A DNA stretch of 64,000 nt. Origin: Spirochaetia bacterium (GTDB lineage: Bacteria; Spirochaetota; Spirochaetia; SZUA-6; Bin103). The number at the start of each line of letters is the position of its first letter. Position 1 is the first letter of the stretch. Below, piece by piece: positions 42,082 through 49,368 of the stretch. Below the pieces are notes generated by a model that saw only the letters and a list, made by a program, of their open reading frames with translations, made no database searches and had not been told where the DNA came from. Location: positions 3,776,001 to 3,840,000 of the forward strand of contig OZ241863.1 of NCBI GenBank assembly GCA_965203055.1, written 5' to 3'. Position numbers and translations under genes: made by a program.

Positions 42082-42597
42082 TCAGCCCCAGCATCCCGTG
42101 ACCGCCTTAGCGGCCGTCGCCGTCGTTAGCCAACTCGACTCGCTCCAATCTTCATTCCAACGTTCTGGGGTGTTCTCCCAGTCTCGCTTGTCAGCTAGTA
42201 TTGCCTTCGGTTCATACGAACCTCTCGTATCAGACGTTGGTCCAACGTTGATGGTGTCCGGTTTGGTAGCAGAGAAGAAGCTATGATTCCTTGAGAAGTC
42301 AAATTCCTCCTCATCTACGCTCTCTCCGGCGTCAAACTGAAGCATGAAATCCACCACTGTACCATTCACCAAAACGAGACCTCTGGACTTGCCGTCTGGT
42401 CTGTCCCAAGATATGATCCAAACGACATCAGAGTTGTACGCATCGTCACCGGATCTTGCAGCTATCTCCTTACCGTTCACTCTTTCGATCTTCGGGTTAA
42501 ATACCCCTGCGTCCTTCAACGCCAGCTCGATTGGTCCCTGACCTGGGGTCCGTGGACTTCCCGCTTCGATGTGTCTCCTCAGCACCTTTACGTTCAC
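42082..42597 (-). CDS. Hypothetical protein (array member downstream of tRNA-Pro)
   Basis: GTG at 42597 with AGGAGGAG RBS; open for 171 codons; no recognised family. Confidence 0.65.
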   Translation of the reverse strand: MNVKVLRRHIEAGSPRTPGQGPIELALKDAGVFNPKIERVNGKEIAARSGDDAYNSDVVWIISWDRPDGKSRGLVLVNGTVVDFMLQFDAGESVDEEEFDFSRNHSFFSATKPDTINVGPTSDTRGSYEPKAILADKRDWENTPERWNEDWSESSWLTTATAAKAVTGCWG

Positions 42598-42649
42598 TTC
42601 AGGTCTCCTCCTGTGGCCATTATTAATCACCTGATGGCCAATCTGGTAG

Positions 42650-42720
42650 TCAGGATAGGGGGAGTCGAACCCCGATCTCCAGCTCCCAAAGCTGGCGCCA
42701 TACCGCTGGGCTATACCCCG
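42650..42720 (-). tRNA. tRNA-Pro (UGG), atypical
   Basis: CGGGGTA TA GCCCAGCGGTATGGC G CCAGC TT-TGG-GA GCTGG AGATC GGGG TTCGACT CCCCC TATCCTG A. T stem is one G short, there are two G-U acceptor pairs, and the 3' end reads ACTACCA. Confidence 0.8.
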
Positions 42721-42725
42721 ATTGA

Positions 42726-42743
42726 CCGCCCCCGAAGGGGCGG
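42726..42743 (-). other. GC hairpin with cUUCGg tetraloop just upstream of tRNA-Pro
   Basis: CCGCCCC-TTCG-GGGGCGG; no U-tract, so not a classical intrinsic terminator. Confidence 0.55.
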
Positions 42744-42766
42744 GGTCGGTCGATCACTTCCCTTGG

Positions 42767-43273
42767 TTACCTTCCGTTACGATCCATCCATCCATCGAGA
42801 TCGTATGTGACTTTCGAGAACCGGCGAGATGTCTTGTTTATCTCGAAGCTCTCATATACTTCCAACGTCAATTCCGCCCACCTCACGAATGAAAGAGTGC
42901 ATCTATGATGCCCGCAGTTGTTTGGCTCATGGTAAATTTCGCCATTCTCGTCGACATCTGCGGCCCATGTGATCCGGAAGGTGTCGTCTTCTTGGAAGGT
43001 TACCACCCTCTCGTCGTAGCGGCCTTGGCATTCATCTCCATGACCTATCACGAAGAGGTCCCCCTCCCTACTCCAGGCAACCAGACCGTCTTCTGACACC
43101 TCAAGCAGAATATGCTCGCCAAGGAGAGACCATGTCTCCCATGTCCCATAGGTGAATCCAGGGAACTTGATGTCTTCGTGACACTCATACCCTCGGACGA
43201 TCTCTTCCTGCGACCACACCATACCTGCAGCGATCATTGCCACTGCCACAACCAATACGATCAGACGCTTCAC
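42767..43273 (-). CDS. Hypothetical secreted protein (array member)
   Basis: GTG at 43273 with AAGGAGG RBS. Signal peptide MKRLIVLVVAVAMIAAGMVWS, four cysteines, C-terminal VTYDLDGW. Confidence 0.75.
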   Translation of the reverse strand: MKRLIVLVVAVAMIAAGMVWSQEEIVRGYECHEDIKFPGFTYGTWETWSLLGEHILLEVSEDGLVAWSREGDLFVIGHGDECQGRYDERVVTFQEDDTFRITWAADVDENGEIYHEPNNCGHHRCTLSFVRWAELTLEVYESFEINKTSRRFSKVTYDLDGWMDRNGR

Positions 43274-43304
43274 ACGCCCTCCTTTCCAGGAAGTGACCCG
43301 GTAT

Positions 43305-43350
43305 CGAAGCCCGGGGGATCGAACCCCGGCGCGGCAAACCATGCGCTTCA
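43305..43350 (-). ncRNA. 46-nt anticodon-less tRNA-like element (copy B)
   Basis: TGAAGC GCA-TGGTT-TGC CGCG CCGGGG TTCGATC CCCCGG GCTTCG: 6-bp outer stem, 3-bp GG-loop hairpin and 6-bp T arm. Confidence 0.65.
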
Positions 43351-43382
43351 GAGTCCCGTCCGAAGGCGGCGAAGGGGGAGGC

Positions 43383-44742
43383 CATAAGCGCTAACTTATT
43401 GTAGGTCACTCGAAGTTACTCCCAAAGCTGAGGCAGACGCCGCCGAGGCGGCTCGGCCAACGCCCGCGAGATGGCGGGCCAGTCGTCGACCAAGTGGGCC
43501 AGCGGCAACGCAGGTTCGATGGTGCGGGTGAGCTGGTTAAGCACGAACTTGAATTCACGCCACGCGCTGCGTGGTCGCTTTTGGCGCCAACTCGTATCCC
43601 CAGGGGGAAATAGCGCTGGCATGGCGGATCAGCTTATCGACCAGGAGCGCGACCAGCAGTTTGCCATACAGCCATGCCTTCGCGCTGTCATCGTCGTATT
43701 TCGGCAGATGGCCCAACTGGGCTAGCGATTTGAACCGCTTGAACACCAACTCCACCTGCCAGCGAATGCGATACCACTCCAGAATCTGGGCGGCACTGAA
43801 CGTGGCGGCGGGAAAGGTAGTGAACACGATTACGTACTCGGCGAAGGTCAGGGTGTCCGGCTGCGCCTGCTTGCTCTTGCGGGCTGCATCCTGGAGCACC
43901 TTGCGGTGCGCCAGCTTGATTGCGGCGGCGGATTTGCGGAGCGCGCAGACCCGTCCCCCCACGCGCTCCGCAGCGCCGACCATGACTTGGGTGGTCCATG
44001 ACTTGGCCGCGCCGGCACGCTGCACCGAGGTGACTGCGGCCAGCAAATCAAACGGCTCGCCCTGGCCGGTTTGCAGCCGCAGGGCTCCGGTATTGATGCG
44101 CACGATGAGTTGACCGCCGGCATCCGCCACATAGCCGATGCCGCGCGCCGTCGAATAGCCGCGATCGGCCAGGACATGGTCCCCGGCGCGGACCGGGAAC
44201 TGGGCCAACGATTCGCCAGTGCCCGGCCCCTCGGTGGGCGTGAGCTTGAAAAAGTCGCACGCCAGCGACGGCAGGCACACACTATAGTGGATGCGCCACA
44301 GCGTGCCGGTCTTGCCGGGTTCCTTGACGGTAGTCGCATCAAAGGCCCTGACTTGAAAGCCGCCGCCGGTGGCCACCGCGATGCCGTGTTCCTGAAACAG
44401 TCTGACACACAACGCGTACAACCACTCCTTTGACTTCCTCAGGCGCTTGAGCAGCGCCACATCGGATAGATCGGCGAGTTCGGCCTGCCGCGCTCGCACC
44501 ACGGTTTCCCGCAAGGAGTGCCCGCAGCCAAGATGGATCAACAGGGTACGCAGCAGATTGTCAACCGATTTGTCCTTGCGCAGCCCCTTCAGCGCCCCGG
44601 TGTCGTCCGCCAACTCCCGCCAATCACTCGGCAGGAACGACACCAGCAGTTCCCAGTCCTCCTTCACCCGCTTGCCCTCCTCCCAGTCGCGTAGCGCACG
44701 ATACGCTATTCAGGAAGTAGAGTCAACAAGTTAGCGCTTATG
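43383..44742 (-). mobile_element. IS4-family insertion sequence, IS186-like
   Basis: Terminal inverted repeats CATAAGCGCTAACTT(A/G)TTG at both ends; 1360 bp; G-rich flanks; single DDE transposase. Confidence 0.92.
43555..44667 (-). CDS. IS4-family DDE transposase
   Basis: LSDVALLKRL, FDATTV, LADRGYS and the YREK signature WYRIRWQVELVFKRFKS. Confidence 0.95.
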   Translation of the reverse strand: MKEDWELLVSFLPSDWRELADDTGALKGLRKDKSVDNLLRTLLIHLGCGHSLRETVVRARQAELADLSDVALLKRLRKSKEWLYALCVRLFQEHGIAVATGGGFQVRAFDATTVKEPGKTGTLWRIHYSVCLPSLACDFFKLTPTEGPGTGESLAQFPVRAGDHVLADRGYSTARGIGYVADAGGQLIVRINTGALRLQTGQGEPFDLLAAVTSVQRAGAAKSWTTQVMVGAAERVGGRVCALRKSAAAIKLAHRKVLQDAARKSKQAQPDTLTFAEYVIVFTTFPAATFSAAQILEWYRIRWQVELVFKRFKSLAQLGHLPKYDDDSAKAWLYGKLLVALLVDKLIRHASAISPWGYELAPKATTQRVA

Positions 44743-44755
44743 GGGGGGGGGGGGC

Positions 44756-45393
44756 TCAGACGGCGGCTATTCCCCCAGACTGGCGAGAGGGTGTACGCAT
44801 CTCCCGGTTCGTCATCCTGCGGAACCGTCCACTCCTCTCCTTCTCCAGGCGATTCGACACTTCGACCATGATGCCATGAACCGTGTCGGGCCACTCCACG
44901 GCGAACGCTTCGGGCTTGGCGGAGGCGGTATCCCTGCGGAAGTAGATCGCTCCAACCCCTCCATCCATCTGCCGGTGCTGAAGACTCACGATCTTGTTGA
45001 AGCGTACCCGGAATGTGCTTCCGCTCCTGACATCATTCGAGGCGAAGTAAACATGCTTGGTGATAACAGCCAACACGCCCGGTCGCTGAACCGGACAGGA
45101 GTATCTACTGTCCTTCCCTTGAGACTCCTACCGGTACGACACTCCCTTCATCACGCGAAGGCTGACTCCCGCGAACTGGCGCGGTACTCGCGTTCGGTCT
45201 TTCCGTACATGGCTTCGCACGCCCACACCAGACTGTCGGACTTCAGAATCTGAACGGAAGGGCTGGGCAACGGACAGTTGGCAAACTCCATCTGAGACGT
45301 GTTCGAGTATGTCCTCCACAATCCTTCGGTTCGAGTGCTTCTGTTCTTCCGCTTCTTGTCGCCGGCGACGGACCTCTTGCCGTTTCTAGTCAA
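44756..45393 (-). pseudogene. Fragmented hypothetical gene
   Basis: Overlapping pieces in different frames (GVSLRVMKGVSYR*, then GVLAVITKHVYFAS...FRVRFNKIVSL...RRDTASAKPEAF) read as one disrupted protein. Confidence 0.55.
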
Positions 45394-45540
45394 CCTCTCG
45401 CTGCCTTTGGGTCACCGCTCTCCGCTTCTCTAGTCTAGTGCCGATACCGGTCATACGCGCGGGCCGGGTGAAATCCATGCGGAGAGATGAGAGGTGTTCA
45501 GAAGCTACAGGCGGAATCGGGCCACCTCGAAGGCACCGGG

Positions 45541-45840
45541 CTATGCCGTAAAATCCCGCCCGAAGGCGAGGAGTCGATCAGTTGGTTCCTTGACGAGTCT
45601 CAAGGACCCTATTCCTGCCATCCTACGAGCAGTCACGTCAGCAATACCTTCAGGGTAAAGCTCAACAGCAGCCGGACTCCACACCTTCAATTCCCCATCC
45701 TCAACAAAATGAGCCGCGCCGGCTTCTTCAGACACTACTATGCTCATAGCAGGATGATTGATACATGGAATAATAGTACACCTCCGTACGCATTTTCCAA
45801 ACTCGTTGAGTCCCTTGTACGAAACTACCTTCTCTCCCAC
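45541..45840 (-). CDS. Small hypothetical protein (array member)
   Basis: GTG with GAAGGAG RBS directly after tRNA-like copy A; 99 aa. Confidence 0.6.
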   Translation of the reverse strand: MGEKVVSYKGLNEFGKCVRRCTIIPCINHPAMSIVVSEEAGAAHFVEDGELKVWSPAAVELYPEGIADVTARRMAGIGSLRLVKEPTDRLLAFGRDFTA

Positions 45841-45873
45841 TTACTGGTCTCCTTCACCGCCAGTTGCGGCTTG

Positions 45874-45919
45874 ACCAGCGGGCGGAATCGAACCGCCCGT
45901 CACGCCACCAGGCGCTGGC
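45874..45919 (-). ncRNA. 46-nt anticodon-less tRNA-like element (copy A)
   Basis: GCCAGC GCC-TGGT-GGC GTGAC GGGCGG TTCGATT CCGCCC GCTGGT: same geometry as copy B with different stem sequences. Confidence 0.65.
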
Positions 45920-45958
45920 TCGAAGGGAGGGGGACGAGCCCCTCCCGGTCGTCGTCGA

Positions 45959-46033
45959 TCAGCACTTCTGGTATGCTTCCCGGAAGCCGTCCAGGTCGAA
46001 CACCAGCTTCTTCGGCGTCTGGTGGTCCTCCAT
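45959..46033 (-). pseudogene. 3' remnant of a truncated gene at the island edge
   Basis: MEDHQTPKKLVFDLDGFREAYQKC*; C-terminus resembles KVTYDLDGW of 42767..43273. Confidence 0.4.
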
Positions 46034-46049
46034 GTCGCCAGCTAACCGG

Positions 46050-47034
46050 CTACGGCCGGCTCTCGGTGATGGTGACCTGCGCGGCGAGCTGCCGAACGAG
46101 GTCGCGAGTCACCAGGCCCGGCACCACCGACCGGCAGTTGGCGCTGCCGCAGGCCGCGGCGAAGCGCGCGGCAAACGCCACGTCGGTGTGCTCCAGGCGC
46201 AGCGGCGCCGCGACCGCGCCGCCCGCGGCGGTGACCATCGCGGCCAGCACCCCGGCTGCCGCGGCATCGCCGCTGCCGGTGGAATTGACCACCGGCACGG
46301 CCGGCGCCGCGGCGCGCACCAACCGCGCGCCGTCGTATGCCCCCAGGCCCTCGGCCCCGGCGGTGACGATCACCCACTGCACCCCATGGCGGTCGCGCAG
46401 CCGGCGGCAGGCGGCGGCGCGCGCCGCCGCGGTGGGCAGCGGCGTTCCCGCCAGCTCGGCCAGCTCCGCGCGGTTGACCTTGAGTATCGCCGGCGCGGCT
46501 GCCAGGGCGGCGCGGCCGTGGCCGCGGTAGGCGTCCAGCAGCGTCACCAGCCCGCGCCGCCGCGCCCGCCGCACCATCTCGGCGTACACCTCGCGCCGCG
46601 CGCCGCCGATCGCGGTGCCGGAAATCACTACGGCCGCAGCGCTCTCCAGCAACTCGTCGTACGCTTCCGCGAAGCGCTCCTGCGCGGCGCCGTCCGCCGC
46701 CGCGGCCGGTTCCACCAGTTCGGTCACCTGCCGCGCCGCCCCGGCGGGCCCCTCCAGCAGGGTGACGCAGGTGCGGGTGTCGGCCGCCGTCTCCACCACC
46801 CGCGCGGCGATTCCCTCATCCCGCAGGGCGGCGCGCATGCGGCGGCCGTTGGCGCCGCCGAGATACGCCAGCAGCGTCGCCGGCAGTCCCAGGGCGGTGA
46901 GCGCGCGCCACGTTGATCCCCTTGCCGGCGGCCGCCCGCCGCACCTCCCGCACCCGATTCACCGCTCCCGCGGTGACGCGCTCGAACCGGTAGATGAGCT
47001 GCCACGCGCAATTCTGGCCGCATACCAGGATCAT
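46050..47034 (-). CDS. PfkB-family carbohydrate kinase (1-phosphofructokinase-like; apparent frameshift near 46900)
   Basis: AAGKGINVARA in one frame; TRTCVT, LKVNRAEL, VTAGAEG and NSTGSGDA in another. The break lies in a GCGCGC run. Confidence 0.85.
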
Positions 47035-47103
47035 GCCCTGCCTCCCTTGCGCCGCAGCCGGCCGCGCCCTACCCTGCCGCCAGACCTTCAGGTCGCCTCG
47101 CAC

Positions 47104-47988
47104 ATGAAATATCTCGGCGCTCACTTATCCACCGCCGGAGGCGTGCGCACCGCGCCGCAACGGGCGCAGGCCCTCGGCGCCACGGCGTTCGCCATCTTCA
47201 CCCGCAACCAGCGGCGCTGGGAGGCCAAGCCCCTCACCGAGGAGGAGGCCCGCGCCTTCCGCGAACAATGCGCGGCGGTCGGCATCCCGCTGCAGCGGGT
47301 ACTGCCGCACGCCGGGTATCTGATCAACCTGGGCGCGCCCGACGCGGCGGTGGTCCGCAAGTCGCAGGCGGCCTTCCTGGACGAGTTCGAACGCTGCCGC
47401 CGGCTCGGACTACGCTGCCTGAACTTTCACCCCGGCAGTCACCTCGGCAAGATGGACGACGCGGCGTGCATGGACCAGATCACCGCGTTTCTCAATCGGG
47501 CCATCGCCGAGATTCCCGAGGTGACCCCGGTCTACGAATGCACCGCCGGCCAGGGCAGCCACCTGGGCCGCACCTTCGCGCAGCTCGCCGGCCTGATCGA
47601 CCGCATCGAAGACAAGTCGCGCATCGGCGTGTGCCTGGACACCTGCCACCTGCACGCCGCCGGCTACGATCTCACCACCGCCGCGGCGTACGAGCGTACC
47701 ATGCGGGAGTTCGAGCAGGTGGTGGGCCTGCGCTACCTGGCCGGCGCGCATCTCAACGACTCCAAGACCGGGCTCGGCAGCCGGGTGGACCGCCACGCCA
47801 GCCTCGGCCGCGGCACCATGGGTTGGGAGCCGTTCCGCCTGCTGATGAACGATCCCCGCTTCGACGACCTGCCGCTGATCACCGAGACCGTGGACCCCGA
47901 TCTGTGGGCCGAGGAACTGACCCGGCTGCGCGCACTCGTCGGCCGCACCGAGGCCTGCGCGCCGCCGCAAGGCCGGTCCGAGCCGTAA
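47104..47988 (+). CDS. nfo: Endonuclease IV
   Basis: MKYLGAHLS, FTRNQRRW, PHAGYLINLG, NFHPGSH, GVCLDTCH, HLNDSK and RVDRHASLG. Confidence 0.95.
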   Translation: MKYLGAHLSTAGGVRTAPQRAQALGATAFAIFTRNQRRWEAKPLTEEEARAFREQCAAVGIPLQRVLPHAGYLINLGAPDAAVVRKSQAAFLDEFERCRRLGLRCLNFHPGSHLGKMDDAACMDQITAFLNRAIAEIPEVTPVYECTAGQGSHLGRTFAQLAGLIDRIEDKSRIGVCLDTCHLHAAGYDLTTAAAYERTMREFEQVVGLRYLAGAHLNDSKTGLGSRVDRHASLGRGTMGWEPFRLLMNDPRFDDLPLITETVDPDLWAEELTRLRALVGRTEACAPPQGRSEP

Positions 47989-48009
47989 CGTAACGGCCGC
48001 GGCCGGCCG

Positions 48010-48402
48010 TCAATCCGGCAGCAGGGGCGCCGCCCGAAGCACGATCTGGAACGCCACGCCCCACGGATCGCGCAGGAACAGCAGGACGTCGCCCGCCGGG
48101 TTGTGGACCGGATCACCGTCCACCGCGGCGCCGGCCGCCACCAGCCGGTCGCGGTCCGCCTCCAGGTCGTCGGTGAGGAACGCCAAGTGCACCTGATAGC
48201 GGTCGCGCGCGCTCCACTGCGGCGGCGCCGGGTCCTCCCAGGTATACAGTTCCAGCATGCTGCGCCCGGCCGAGTCGGCGACGAAGGTAGCGTACGGCGG
48301 AGAGTCGCCGGCGCTCGTGACCTGCATCCCCAGATGCTCTACGTACCACGCGGCCATGGCGCGGACATCAGGAACGTTGAGGGCAACGTGTTCCAGTCTC
48401 AT
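48010..48402 (-). CDS. VOC/glyoxalase family protein
   Basis: LEHVALNV...WYVEHLG, HLAF and FLRDPWG. Confidence 0.88.
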   Translation of the reverse strand: MRLEHVALNVPDVRAMAAWYVEHLGMQVTSAGDSPPYATFVADSAGRSMLELYTWEDPAPPQWSARDRYQVHLAFLTDDLEADRDRLVAAGAAVDGDPVHNPAGDVLLFLRDPWGVAFQIVLRAAPLLPD

Positions 48403-48441
48403 GGCCCTACGCTACCCCGCCGCCCGCCCGCCCTGCCAGTC

Positions 48442-49368
48442 CTACTCCTCCGGTGGGCCGGCGGTGGTGAATGCCTCCAGGAAGTCGTTTACCATCCACA
48501 CGAACAGCAGGAACGGGTAGTCGGAGCCGGAGGAGGTGGCCGGGTAGCTGTTGCCGTCACGGGCGAACACCCGCAGCGTATGGGCGGCGCCGGCCTCGGT
48601 GTTCAAGGTCAGCTCCAGCGCCTCGCTGCCCGGCTGCGGCGCGGCCTCGGCGAAGCGGAAGGTGCTGAGGTTGGCGAGGCGCTGCAGTGACTCTTCGACC
48701 TTGGCCGTGTCCCACGCCGCGCCGTCGGCGGTCACCCACTCGGCGGCCGCGTCCTCCTCCAGGGAGGGGCGCTTGCGCAGCATCAGCTCCTCGCCGGGGC
48801 TGCGCGCCACGATCTCGCCCACCGTCGCCGCGTCCACGGTCAACACCAGCTTGTCGCGCAGCACGTCGCTCGTCACCGGGAAGTAGTTGCCCAGGTCGCC
48901 GGCCGCCTGATACACGCGGCGGTCGCCTTCCAGCTTGACGTAGGTGTGCTGGTAGGTACGCGCCTCCTTGCCGATTTCGACCGTGCGCAGCACCTCGCCG
49001 CCGCCGTAGGCGGTGACCCGCAACGCGGAGTCGGGATCCAGCTCGAAGCGGCTGTAGGCGGCGTACTCCGACACCAGGTCGGTTACCCGGATGTCAGCCA
49101 GCATCCGCAGCATGGTGTCCACCTGCGGCGCGGCCGCGGGGAAATCCTCCGGTTCCAGCACCCAGGCATCGCCCTCGCGCCGTACCGCCATGGTGCGCTC
49201 ACCCTTGGTCACCTCGACGCGGTCCACCTCCGCCACCGCCAGCTCAGGCAGCTGCGGCAGGTCGTAGAGCAGCCGGTCGCGGTTGCGCAGTCCCAGGTAG
49301 AGCACCATTCCCACGATGATGAGCGCCGGCAGGGCGTAGCGCGTCAGCACGCGTTCCAGCGTCATCAC
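48442..49368 (-). CDS. DUF4340 domain protein
   Basis: N-terminal TM, two repeated lobes, LRDKLVL. Usual last gene of Gld-type ABC clusters. Confidence 0.78.
   Translation of the reverse strand: MMTLERVLTRYALPALIIVGMVLYLGLRNRDRLLYDLPQLPELAVAEVDRVEVTKGERTMAVRREGDAWVLEPEDFPAAAPQVDTMLRMLADIRVTDLVSEYAAYSRFELDPDSALRVTAYGGGEVLRTVEIGKEARTYQHTYVKLEGDRRVYQAAGDLGNYFPVTSDVLRDKLVLTVDAATVGEIVARSPGEELMLRKRPSLEEDAAAEWVTADGAAWDTAKVEESLQRLANLSTFRFAEAAPQPGSEALELTLNTEAGAAHTLRVFARDGNSYPATSSGSDYPFLLFVWMVNDFLEAFTTAGPPEE

Noticed and set aside
42644..42720. tRNA-Pro as attB for the island
   Set aside because: It is internal to the island, and I found no duplicated 3' fragment at either boundary.
41739..46040. Integron cassette array interpretation of island 2
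   Set aside because: No tyrosine integrase in the window and no RYYYAAC...GTTRRRY attC boxes at the gene ends; the spacers carry T-loop structures instead.
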